This document shows positions 1 through 10,100 of a DNA stretch of 64,000 nt, piece after piece. Position numbers and translations under genes: made by a program. The notes under the pieces were generated by a model that saw only the letters and a program-made list of their open reading frames with translations, was not told where the DNA came from and made no database searches. Each line of letters opens with the position of its first letter. Position 1 is the first letter of the stretch. The stretch lies in NCBI GenBank assembly GCA_050633305.1, contig JBOEGF010000008.1, positions 32,001 through 96,000 of the forward strand. Direction: 5' to 3'. The DNA is from Nannocystales bacterium. Its GTDB lineage: Bacteria > Myxococcota_A > Polyangia > Nannocystales > Nannocystaceae.

Positions 1-1812
1 GCACTCGGCGAGACGATCCAGCGAGCGTGGCCGGCCAAGCAACTGCGTGTCCGATCGGGCTCGAGCGGCACGGATACGCTGCAGGTCAAGGTCCGCAAGG
101 CGGAGCAGTGGTTTGCCGCCGATCTCAGCCTCCGCGTCGACGATGTCCTGGTCCTCGGATACGCCCAGCTACTTCGAGGCCGCGAGGGAGGCCAGCGCTA
201 CATCGAGCTGGGCAAGGATGAATACCTCGCGCTCACCCAGGAGATGACACGTCGCTTGGACGCGATGCAGGCGTTCGCTTCGGACCGCGACAACACCATC
301 GTCATGCACCCGGCCGCGGCGGAGTCCCTTGGCTTGACACAGGACACCCCGGGCGTGGAGCTGGACAAGGCGGCAAACGCACGCCTGGCCTCAATCCGCA
401 AAGCCCGAGCGCTACAGCCCAGGCTTCCGCGAACGTTTACCGGCACGCTGCGGGACTATCAGCGCGAGGGATTCCTCTGGCTGGCGCGACTGTGCGCGGC
501 GGGACTGGGCGCATGCCTGGCCGACGACATGGGCCTGGGCAAGACGGTGCAGACGATCGCGCTGCTGTGCTTGCGAAAGAAGGAAGGCCCTGCGCTCGTC
601 GTCTGCCCGACGTCGGTGGTCGCCAACTGGCAGGAGGAGTTCACCCGCTTTGCTCCGAAGCTGCGCGTGTCGACGCTGGGCACCACTGGCCGCCCCGAGA
701 CGATCGAAGGCCTGACTCGCGGCGACGTCCTGCTGATCAGCTATGGCCTGCTGGTGCGAGAGCAGGAGGCGCTCAGCGGGGTGGAGTTTGGCACGGTGGT
801 GTTCGACGAGGCGCATGCGCTCAAAACCCCCACATCCCAGCGGGCGAAGGCAGCATTTCGCCTCGATGCCAGGGCCCGGGTCACGCTCACCGGAACGCCT
901 GTCGAAAACCACCTCGGCGAGCTGTGGTCGGTCATGAATGCGAGCGTTCCGGGGCTGTTGGGATCCAAGCATCGCTTCGACGAGCGCCTGGGCCGCCCCG
1001 TGCTTCGCCACCACGCCGGAGCCCTCGACCGACTTCGTGCGATCCTCGATCCGTTCGTCCTCCGACGTCGGCGCTCGGAGGTCCTCACCGAGCTGCCCGA
1101 ACTCACCGAAGTCACCGTTCGTGTGCCCCCCACCGACGCGCAAGCGGCCTACTACGAGGTCCTGCGGAAGCGCGCGATGGAGACGCTCGAGGAAGCACGC
1201 AAGGACCCCACCAAGGCGCGGATCCGAGTGCTCGCCGAGATCACGCGGCTGCGCCAGGCCGCGATCGATCCACGCCTGCTGGACGAAGACCTCGCGCCCG
1301 CGGGTTCCAAGCTCGATCAAGCCTGCGAACGCGTCGCGGCGCTGCATGCCGACGGCCACCGCTGCCTGGTGTTCACGCAGTTTCTCGGCTGTATCCGCAG
1401 ACTCGACGAGCGGCTCTCCGACCTCGGCTTGGAGGTGCTTACCCTCGACGGCTCAACCCCGGCCCCCATCCGCAAGGCCCGCATCGACGCCTTCCAGCGC
1501 GGCGAAGCGGACGCCTTCGTCATGAGCCTCAAGGCCGGCGGCGTCGGCATCAACCTCACCGCTGCCCAATACGTGATCCACATGGACCCCTGGTGGAACC
1601 CCGCCGTGGAAGAGCAGGCCACCGCCCGCAGCCACCGCATGGGTCAGCGCGACCCGGTCACGGTGTACCGGTTGATCACCGAGGGAAGCATCGAAGAACA
1701 GATCCTCGATCTGCACGAACGCAAACGGGGGCTGGCGCAGGATCTGTTGGGTGGGATGGCGAACGCGAAGGCCCTCGACCTCGAGGCGCTTCGAGGGCTG
1801 CTGGAGGCATGA
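1..1812 (+). CDS. SNF2-family (SF2) helicase/ATPase, 5'-truncated by the window edge
   Basis: Frame is open from base 1. Motifs LRDYQ, LADDMGLGKT, DEAH, TGTP.EN, SLKAGGVGINL, DPWWNP, R.HRMGQ. Confidence 0.95.
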   Translation, partial: ALGETIQRAWPAKQLRVRSGSSGTDTLQVKVRKAEQWFAADLSLRVDDVLVLGYAQLLRGREGGQRYIELGKDEYLALTQEMTRRLDAMQAFASDRDNTIVMHPAAAESLGLTQDTPGVELDKAANARLASIRKARALQPRLPRTFTGTLRDYQREGFLWLARLCAAGLGACLADDMGLGKTVQTIALLCLRKKEGPALVVCPTSVVANWQEEFTRFAPKLRVSTLGTTGRPETIEGLTRGDVLLISYGLLVREQEALSGVEFGTVVFDEAHALKTPTSQRAKAAFRLDARARVTLTGTPVENHLGELWSVMNASVPGLLGSKHRFDERLGRPVLRHHAGALDRLRAILDPFVLRRRRSEVLTELPELTEVTVRVPPTDAQAAYYEVLRKRAMETLEEARKDPTKARIRVLAEITRLRQAAIDPRLLDEDLAPAGSKLDQACERVAALHADGHRCLVFTQFLGCIRRLDERLSDLGLEVLTLDGSTPAPIRKARIDAFQRGEADAFVMSLKAGGVGINLTAAQYVIHMDPWWNPAVEEQATARSHRMGQRDPVTVYRLITEGSIEEQILDLHERKRGLAQDLLGGMANAKALDLEALRGLLEA

Positions 1813-1908
1813 AGACCTCTGGCCGCCCGAACAGTGCAGCAGCCCCGCCGCTCGACCGCTACGGATACGTCGACGTGACCGCGCTCCACGACGGGTCCAA
1901 CTCTTTCG

Positions 1909-3000
1909 TCACAATTCCAGCTCCCCAAGGCGTGGCTCGGCAGCCACAACATCCAACCGGCCCCCACAGCGGCAGCGTTCGGCGCGGCTCTCAGCCCCCC
2001 GCGTCCGCTTCACGGGTGCGAGGTCCACCAGCGACAACTGGGTCCCCTCGCCTCTGCACCGTGTGGACGACCCGGGCGTAAGGGCTCCGTAGAGCGCCAT
2101 CCGAGGAAGGCCCGAGCCCCGACGCATGACCTCCACCCGAGCCTCGAACGTGGACTTGGACAGCTGCACGGCCCGGGCGCCGTCGGACCCGGGATGGCCC
2201 AGGTTCAACTCGACGACATCGTGTGCAACTGCTCGCACCGAGTTGGGGTGCAGGGGCGCCCGCAGGACGTACGCGGTAAGGTTTTCGCTCGCTCGTCGGT
2301 CGTGAGCTTCGATGCGCTCCCCCACGAACACCTCCGCGCCCCGAGCCTGGGCCGTGACTCCGCGAGAGCTGGATGCGCTTCGTCCCCCGACGACCCGAAC
2401 GCCGGCCGCTGCGTGTGGACGAGGGTCCGGGACGGGGATCATTCGACGGGCCTCGCTGCGGACCGCCCGCGCCAGTTCGCGGAGCTCATCGACGCCGAAC
2501 GGTTTGCTCAGCGGGACGAAACGCGCGGGTCCGTGCGTGGCGGGGACGAACACGCCGTCGGTGGCGATGACGTGGATATGGGCCCGGGGGCGGAGGTCGG
2601 ATCCCACGGAGTGCAGGACAGCCATGGCACCTGCCCTGCCGAGCGCGTGCCCCAACTCATGGTTCGCCCGACCCTCGATCGCCGAGATCACGCGCTGCAC
2701 GACAGCGCGCCGAAATGCCCTCGCTCGACGGGGCTCATCCGGCAGCGACTGAGCCCACTGCAGGGGTGGCACCAGCACCCAGTGTCGGAGGGCGACAGGT
2801 GGCAATCGACGATGCGCAGCACTGACGCGCATCGTCCCCCAGGGACACTGCGCGCATGGCCGGGCGCAGGACACGGTCCGAGCTTGGGTCTCTGCGCACG
2901 ATCGACACCGGAGCCAGAGTTTCGCGGCGCACGGCGCCTGGGCGACCGACGGCTGGCTGGCAAACAGACGCAACTGATCCTCATTCTCGACCGGCATCAC
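1909..3000 (-). mobile_element. Divergent IS91-like (HUH/Y2 rolling-circle) transposase
   Basis: N-terminal Cys cluster (CRSC...SCARPCAQC), HUH motif AHIHVIATDG, AYVLRAP and LYGAL Tyr motifs, C-terminal CRCGGRL. Element ends not identified. Confidence 0.7.
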
Positions 3001-3162
3001 GGATCCGGTCGACCACGGGCGGCTGCCATTGCACGTGCCCGGTCACCAGACCCCCCAAAAAGCGAGAGAGCGGTCCGGCAAGCCCGCTCGCGCCGATGTC
3101 GTCACCACTCCCGGACAGGGAAGTGCGGCAATGCCAAGCAGCGTCCATCCTCGTAGAGAACG

Positions 3163-3444
3163 ATGGGCACTCTCGATCTCCTCGCCGGGTTCTTTCTGAT
3201 GAACGCGATGCCGCACTTCGTGCTCGGCATCTGGAAGGGGCGCATGTTGAGCCTGTTCGGGATGAGTCCGACGGCGAACATTGTCTATGGCCTGCTGAAC
3301 TTCGTGGCTTCGATCAGCCTGTTTTCCTGGGCCCACGGGCTCTCTGGCCTGGCCGATCACGGGTTGTACGTGGGCGCGCTGGCGGTCCTGTTGATCTACT
3401 TCGTCACCGGGCGCTTCTGGCAGCGGTTGTTTGCGAAGCCCTGA
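3163..3444 (+). CDS. Small hypothetical membrane protein (about 3 TM)
   Basis: 93 aa, hydrophobic, GC-rich third positions. Confidence 0.75.
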   Translation: MGTLDLLAGFFLMNAMPHFVLGIWKGRMLSLFGMSPTANIVYGLLNFVASISLFSWAHGLSGLADHGLYVGALAVLLIYFVTGRFWQRLFAKP

Positions 3445-3523
3445 GCGGAGTTGGGGCACGGGGTCGACTCAACACCGGAAGAATGTCCGGGAACTTCCTG
3501 GTCTGCGGTATGTCTTTGCTGTC

Positions 3524-4972
3524 GTGCCCGAACGCCGCTCTGCGCCCGTGCTGCTCGCTTGCCTGCTCTGTGCCGCCTGCACGACGCCGGCTCCGCCATC
3601 TGACCCCCTTCACGGGCCCCAGGACACTCCTCCGACCACCCGAGTCCCGGACACGTCGCCACCCCCGGAGACCGACAGTGCGGCAGCGATGGCCATCGAC
3701 GATCTGGCCCAGGCAGGCGCAGAGCTTTGTGCGGCAGACTCGGATGCGCTCTCCGACGCCCGAGCCCAATACGAGGCCCTCGAACTGGCGGCGGAAGGGC
3801 TCGACCCCGCGACCCCCCCAACCGGGTTCGTGGGGCAGCTGCAGGCGCTGTATCAGCACGAGTGCCTCGCGGTCGCCCGAGGTGACCAACCCGGCCTTGC
3901 GTTCGAGCTCGCAACTGGGCTGGAGGCAGAGACCTACTGGGAGGCGGGGCTCGATTTGTGGTTCCGGAGCTATCTCGACTTCTCCGACGGAGCAGACAAC
4001 ACGGTCTGGCTACTCCCGAGTCAGCCCACGGTTGTGACGGCCCTGACCCGCCCGGGCGACCCACTCGCGCGGTGGATGTGCTCGACCAACCCGGACGAAG
4101 GTTGTGCGCGAGGGGTCGCGGCCTGGCGGTCGCGTGCGCAGCGAACGTTCGAACTCTTCAAGTACGGTGGCGGTCCGGACCTCGTCCACTGCGACCCGCC
4201 GGAAGACGAAGGCCTCGACGCAGAGGCCTACGCCCGCTGGCGCTCGTGCGAGGTTCGAGGACTTCGTCGGCACGCGTCGCTTCCACTCGGTGGCCTGGGT
4301 GCGATCGAGGACGGCTGGATGGTCGTGTACGGTCGGCGGGGCCACTACCAGTACTGCGATGAGGTGGCGGCACTGGACCTGGCATCCGGCGCGCACTACC
4401 GATTTGCGGATTGTGACCATCGCGCGGAGCTCGACGGTGTTGTGGGAGCCGCGGGCGGGATTCAGGTGGAGACGGGCGCGGTGGCGGTAGAGCTCCTGCA
4501 GGAGTTTGCCTGGATGGCGCTCTCGGTGCGCTACGTGGAGCGAAACGTGGTCACGGAACGCGCGTTGGGCCGGGACCTCCCCGAAGGGCTCCGGATGGCC
4601 CGACCCGTGACTCCTCTGTCGACGACGGGCTTTGGACTCGCGGGCAGCGGAGGCAGCGGACACACAACGCTCGGTTGGCTGTGGACACGAGGCGCGAACG
4701 CCTCCCCCGCCCACGGCGAGCTGTCCTGGCCCGACGGTCTCAGCGATCCGGCCGATGACCACGCGGTGCGTTTGCTGGATTTCGCGGAACAACGGAGCGC
4801 TCGGGGCTGCGCAGCAAAGAAGCTCCCGGGTTGGCTGGTCGAGAACCTCGCCGCGGACCGACGACCCAAGCACGACAGCGGACTGGTCGATCCACCGAGC
4901 GAAGCCCTTCTCGAGGCGATGCGGCGTCAGGCAAAACGAGGCCGATGCGCCAAGTCGAAGGGGCCGCGATGA
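3524..4972 (+). CDS. Hypothetical Cys-containing lipoprotein
   Basis: GTG start gives VPERRSAPVLLACLLCAAC lipobox, then a Pro/Thr linker. Stop overlaps the next ATG (ATGA). Start uncertain. Confidence 0.7.
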   Translation: MPERRSAPVLLACLLCAACTTPAPPSDPLHGPQDTPPTTRVPDTSPPPETDSAAAMAIDDLAQAGAELCAADSDALSDARAQYEALELAAEGLDPATPPTGFVGQLQALYQHECLAVARGDQPGLAFELATGLEAETYWEAGLDLWFRSYLDFSDGADNTVWLLPSQPTVVTALTRPGDPLARWMCSTNPDEGCARGVAAWRSRAQRTFELFKYGGGPDLVHCDPPEDEGLDAEAYARWRSCEVRGLRRHASLPLGGLGAIEDGWMVVYGRRGHYQYCDEVAALDLASGAHYRFADCDHRAELDGVVGAAGGIQVETGAVAVELLQEFAWMALSVRYVERNVVTERALGRDLPEGLRMARPVTPLSTTGFGLAGSGGSGHTTLGWLWTRGANASPAHGELSWPDGLSDPADDHAVRLLDFAEQRSARGCAAKKLPGWLVENLAADRRPKHDSGLVDPPSEALLEAMRRQAKRGRCAKSKGPR

Positions 4973-5460
4973 GTGCTCTGCTGGCGGTCCGCGAGCTCAC
5001 CGACGCGGACCGGGAGCTCATCGCGACGTGGCGGTACAGCGGCGAGCTCGGCATCTATGACCCTGGCGCGGGCGCGCTCGAGCTCAAACCACCGCACCAC
5101 GTCGCGATCGTGACAGGGGATGGGATGCTGCTGGGATTCGGGACGATGGGCCCGGATGCTCAGGTCGCCGGGGGACGGTACGGGTCAGCGGAGTCGGTCC
5201 TCGACCTCGGTGTAGGGCTATGTCCCGCCCGGGTCGGCCAAGGGTACGGCCCGGCGGCCATCGAAGCTCTCATCGCGTACGCGAGGACGCAAAGCGCGGC
5301 GACCCGGCTGCGAGTCACGATCGCCGCGGTCAACAAGAGGGCCAGTGCTCTGGCGTACAAGCTCGGGTTTCGTCCATCGCATCGATTCACCCGCACCTCG
5401 GATGCTCGAGCGTTCGTGCAACACGAGCGGCCGGTCGGAACGGACCCAGGCTCGTCTTAG
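4969..5460 (+). CDS. GNAT-family N-acetyltransferase
   Basis: ATGA coupling. LGVGLCPARVGQGYG acetyl-CoA motif and N..A..L..KLGF. Confidence 0.85.
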   Translation: MSALLAVRELTDADRELIATWRYSGELGIYDPGAGALELKPPHHVAIVTGDGMLLGFGTMGPDAQVAGGRYGSAESVLDLGVGLCPARVGQGYGPAAIEALIAYARTQSAATRLRVTIAAVNKRASALAYKLGFRPSHRFTRTSDARAFVQHERPVGTDPGSS

Positions 5461-5513
5461 TCTCGTCGCGGCGGTCTGCAGACCGAGGCTTGCTGGTACG
5501 CTCGCTACGCACC

Positions 5514-7190
5514 ATGGGCGCCCAGACGACGACGGATACGCTGTACGACGTTGCGATCGTGGGTGGTGGTCTGGCGGGACTCACCCTCGCGATCCAGATC
5601 AGCCAACGCACATCGTCGCTGCGAATCCTGGTGTTGGAGCGCGCCACATTCCCGATGCCCAGCGCGGCGCACAAGGTCGGAGAATCCTCGGTGGAGGTGG
5701 GCTCGCACTACTACAACGAGGTCCTGGGCCTCTCGCGCGCGCTCACCCACGCGAAGATCCCAAAGCTGGGGCTGAGATACTTCTTTCCTGGCTCCGACAA
5801 CGCCCGCATCGAAACGCGACCCGAGCTCGGTCAGACCCACTACCACGCGGTCGGCAGCACGCAGTTCGACCGCGGCCGACAGGAGAACATCCTTCGCGTC
5901 GAGGCCCAGACCCTCGGTGTGGAGGTCCTCGACGGGGTTCGGGTGGACGACATCGAACTCTCCGAGGACGACGCTCCCCACCAGGTCGTTGCGGAGTCGA
6001 GTCGGTTCCGGGCGCGCTGGGTCGTCGATGCCACAGGACGACGAAGTCTCCTCAAGCGGAAGCTGGACCTCGCCGAGGGCAACGAGCACACCGCCAGCGC
6101 GGCGTGGTTTCGCCTGGGAGAGGCCCTCGCGGTCGACGATATGTCGGGCGACGAAGCGTGGCGGCGCCAGATGCCCTTCGGCATGCGGCGCTTGAGCACC
6201 AACCACTTCATGGGCGCCGGCTACTGGCTGTGGTGGATTCCACTCGCCGACGGTTCGCTCAGCATCGGGTTGGTTGCAGATCCAGAACACCACGCATTCG
6301 AGACCTACAACACGTGGCCTCGTATGCTTGCGTGGCTCGAACGCCACGAGCCTTCCACGGCCGCGATGCTTGCCCCGTACGAGGATGCTCGGCTCGACTT
6401 CCGCACCCAGAAACGGTTTTCGTACGGGGCCAAGCAAGTGTTCTCGAAACACCGATGGGCGCTCACAGGCGAGGCGGGGGTGTTCGTCGACCCCTTCTAC
6501 TCCCCCGGTTCCGACTTCATTGCGTTCAGCAACGACTTCATCACCGAGTTGGTCGAGCAGGAGAGCAACGGTGCGTCGATCGACGCGATGGCAGCGGGCT
6601 TCAACCGTCAGTATCTCTCGCTGTACAAGTCGTTCCTCGCGCTCTACGAGGGTCAGTACACGGTCTTCGGGAACGCTCAAGTCGCGAGTCTGAAGATCGT
6701 CTACGACTACTCCGCATACTGGGCCTCGACCGCGCTGTTGTTCTTTCAGCGCAAGCTGACGGACCCAACCTTTCTGCGGAAGGTCACCATCGACATGGTC
6801 CAGGTCGCCCGGTTGGCAAAGGCCGCGCAGGCCTTCTTTCGCGCATGGAGTCTCCGGGACGAGGGCACCGCGAGTGCGGACGGGATGCTCAACTACCAAG
6901 CCCTCGGGTACCTCTCGCAATGGCAGGCGGACCTGCGCAGGCCCTATTCCGAAGAGCAACTCGCCGTCGCGCTCCGGGAGAACCGCCGGGTCCTGGAGCT
7001 CATCCACATCTGGCTGTACCAGCGCGCGACCGGGCTCGACACGGAGATCAACCCTTACAAGCTGGGGCTCGACGACGACGACCCAGTCGTTCCGACCGCT
7101 CGCCTGGACATGTTGGACGCCCTCGACATGTTCATCACCGCCCGCACCGAGGTGTCCGACGGCATCTGGCGGGTGCGGCCTTCGACGTAG
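5514..7190 (+). CDS. Flavin-dependent halogenase-family protein
   Basis: DVAIVGGGLAG FAD motif, KVGES, VDATGR, WLWWIP (WxWxIP), GEAG.FVDPFYSPG. Confidence 0.85.
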   Translation: MGAQTTTDTLYDVAIVGGGLAGLTLAIQISQRTSSLRILVLERATFPMPSAAHKVGESSVEVGSHYYNEVLGLSRALTHAKIPKLGLRYFFPGSDNARIETRPELGQTHYHAVGSTQFDRGRQENILRVEAQTLGVEVLDGVRVDDIELSEDDAPHQVVAESSRFRARWVVDATGRRSLLKRKLDLAEGNEHTASAAWFRLGEALAVDDMSGDEAWRRQMPFGMRRLSTNHFMGAGYWLWWIPLADGSLSIGLVADPEHHAFETYNTWPRMLAWLERHEPSTAAMLAPYEDARLDFRTQKRFSYGAKQVFSKHRWALTGEAGVFVDPFYSPGSDFIAFSNDFITELVEQESNGASIDAMAAGFNRQYLSLYKSFLALYEGQYTVFGNAQVASLKIVYDYSAYWASTALLFFQRKLTDPTFLRKVTIDMVQVARLAKAAQAFFRAWSLRDEGTASADGMLNYQALGYLSQWQADLRRPYSEEQLAVALRENRRVLELIHIWLYQRATGLDTEINPYKLGLDDDDPVVPTARLDMLDALDMFITARTEVSDGIWRVRPST

Positions 7191-7197
7191 CGCGAAC

Positions 7198-10100
7198 TCA
7201 GACCGACTCGGCTGTACCCGGCGCGAGCATCTCGAACAGCTTCTCGGGTGCCTGAATCTCCTCGCGCTCCGTGTAGGCCGCGGCGGAGACACGCAGGGTG
7301 TCGCCCTCGGAGCCACCGACAGCACCCGCCAGCAGCTGCTGCGTGAGCGCTGCATACAGCTCCATGCCGCCAGCCTCGAATCGCTCCAACGCGATGCGGG
7401 CGTTCGCAACGACGCCGTCTTGGTCGCCGCGAGCGTGGCAGACCAGTGCCGTCCCAAGGTAGCCGAAGCCCTGGGCGTGGCGGAGGCCAAGCTTGGTCAG
7501 GCCGCGGCTGGAGCGTTCGGCGGACGCGAGCAGAGTGCCGGGCTCAGCACTGCGCCGCGCCATCGCGAGCGTATTCTGGGTGAGCGCCCACAGATACGCG
7601 CCCTTGGGGAACGGCGCTCGCATCATGTCGAACGACTCGATTTCTTTGCGGCGCTCGGACTGCAGCGCCCACGCATCATCGATCTTGCCCTCGTATCGCA
7701 ACAGGGCGCTCATCGTGTCGACAAAGTTGAGGATGTGGGCCTGAAACCCGACCGGCAGCTCGTCCCGATAGAGTTCGAGCTGTTCACGGGCCTCTTCGAT
7801 ACGACCGTCGGCCAGATAGATCACGTGGCCCAACATCCCCCGCGCGTACCCTTGGCTGTACGGGTGGGTGCGTTGCGTCGACTCCCGCAGCAGCTTCTGT
7901 GCCCGAGGAGCCAGCACCCGGATGTGTCCCATCAACTGCTCGCACAGTGCCGCATGGATCTCGCAGTACCCGATCTCCTGCGCCGCGCCTGTGCAGCGCT
8001 CTCGGAACGTCTCCACGGCCTCGTCCAGGTGAGTCCGGCTCTGCGCCCAGTCCCCGAACATCAAGTGCACGTGGCCACGGGCCTGCGAGGCCATCCCACG
8101 GGCGTACTCGCTGTCCGCGTCCTCCGCCAACGTACTGGCCTGGTCGACGAGTTCGAAACACCGCATCCGACCCGACTCGGCTTTGAGGGAGGCGAGCAAG
8201 TGCGCCTCGAACCCAAGTGCCCTGGAGATTCGGATGCCATCGCCGGACTTCAGCGCCAGACGAAGGTGCCGGGCGTGGAAGTCCGCGGCAACGAGTCCGT
8301 CGGTGTAGACGAGCCCCCGAGCGGCGGTCCAACATGCGTCGAGCTTCCCGACCGTGGTCGCATCGAGTTCCTCGGGCGGTTTGACGGTCGCATTCAGACC
8401 CCGAACGCCGAGTGCGGCCCGGTTCGCCAGGAGCGAGGCCAGCGCACGGCCGCGCGTCTTGGGCAGTCGCATCGAGAACGCCGCGAGCACGCGCCGCAGG
8501 ACTTCGCGGCCCTCCGTCGAGTGACCGCTGGTGAGCAACAACTCCGCGGCGGACTGCAGCAGCGCGGCGTGTGCTTCGGCCGACGGGTCTTGTGCAGCCT
8601 CGAGAAGAACCTGTGCAGCGTCGTACTGGCGGCCTGCGCTGGCGAGTGCACGTCCGAGTCGCTCCTGAAGCCCCGCGCGTTGCTCGTCGGGGACCCCCAG
8701 CGCCAACGCAGCCTCGTAGAGTTCGGCGGCGCGATCGAACGCGAGCGCTTCGGCGGCCTCGTCTGCAGCACGAACGGTGTGGAGCGCCGCGAGCTCGGTC
8801 TCGCCTGCCTCGCGGAAGTGGTGACTGAGGTCGGCCGCATCCGCGTGGTCGGTCTCGACAAGCGCATGGCCGATCGCCAAGTGCAGGCCGGCACGCTCGC
8901 CAGAGCCCAGGTCCCTCAGGACCGTCTCTCGGATCCGGTCGTGGTTGATCTCGACCGGGTCGTGTTCTGCGTGCCCGTTGGTGCGCACCAAAGACTCGCT
9001 CCGGACCTCCGCCAACACGACGAGGCTGGAAGAGTTGAGTCCGCCGTCGGTCGCGACATGCATCGCGACACCCAAGGGAAGCTTTCCGCCGGAGACCGCG
9101 ATGACCGCCAACAAGCGGCGCGCGGTCGGGGACAACAGGCGCAGCCGGGCCCGAATCACGTCGTCGAGGCTGACGTCGGTGGCCGAATCTCGATCGGCGG
9201 TGGCCTCCCGGCGCATCGCGTGGCGGACGAGCTGCGCGACGAAGAACGGCGAGCCTTCCGACTCCCGAGCCACGGTCTCAGCCAGTGTCTGCGCGTGGGT
9301 CTGCCCCTGCCCCAGCAAGCGAAGCGCCAGCCCGGTCGCATCCTCGATGCTCATCGGACCGACGCGCAACGCTCGAACGTCGAGTGCAGGCTCGACCGCA
9401 TGCAGATCAGCGATGAACTGCCCCAGGATCGACACCTTCTCGGGAGCCCCCTCGCGGAAGCTGCACACCAACATCAAGGGCGGCGCGTCGACGTCTCGCA
9501 GCAAGGTCTCGAGAACGACCAGGCTGTCCAAGTCGGACCACTGCAGATCGTCGATGTACACGATGAGCGGCCGCGCATCAGCGATGCGACCAAGCAGCTC
9601 ACGAAGCGCTTCGATGCCTCGTCGGCGCGCCTCGTGGGGCATCATGTCGACCTGGCGGTGGATCGGCGCGAGCGCGATGGCGGGAACGCTGAGCAGGACG
9701 GGAAACAGCCGCGTGATTGCGCCGACGTTCCGCGGCAGAACGGCCTTCACCTCCGCCGCGGTCTCCATGGACCGCAACACTCCGGTCAGCGTGTCGATGG
9801 CGGAGTCGAGCGCCTTGTACGGGATCGATTCGCGCTCGGAGCACTTTCCACCGAGAACCACCGCGCCCTCGCGGGTCGCCCGGCCGAGAAAGCGTTGCAC
9901 CAACGCACTCTTCCCGATGCCCGAGACCCCCTCGACCATCACGACGACCGGTCGCCCAGCTCGTGTGGCTTCGTACGCCACCTGCAGCTTGGAGAACTCA
10001 TCGTCCCGGCCCAAGAACAGATCGCCGGAGCCATCCTCGACCGGGGGCACGGTGGCATCGGAGCCCAGTCGTTCGAGGATCGCCGGACCGTCGGGGCGCA

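Noticed and set aside
1..1812. SNF2 helicase as part of an anti-phage defence system
   Set aside because: No nuclease, methylase or other defence partner is visible, and the upstream context is outside the window.
1809..2081. Short ORF coupled (ATGA) to the helicase stop, possibly a gene cut by the IS91-like element
   Set aside because: No recognisable motif, it overlaps the transposase antisense, and no insertion junction can be defined.
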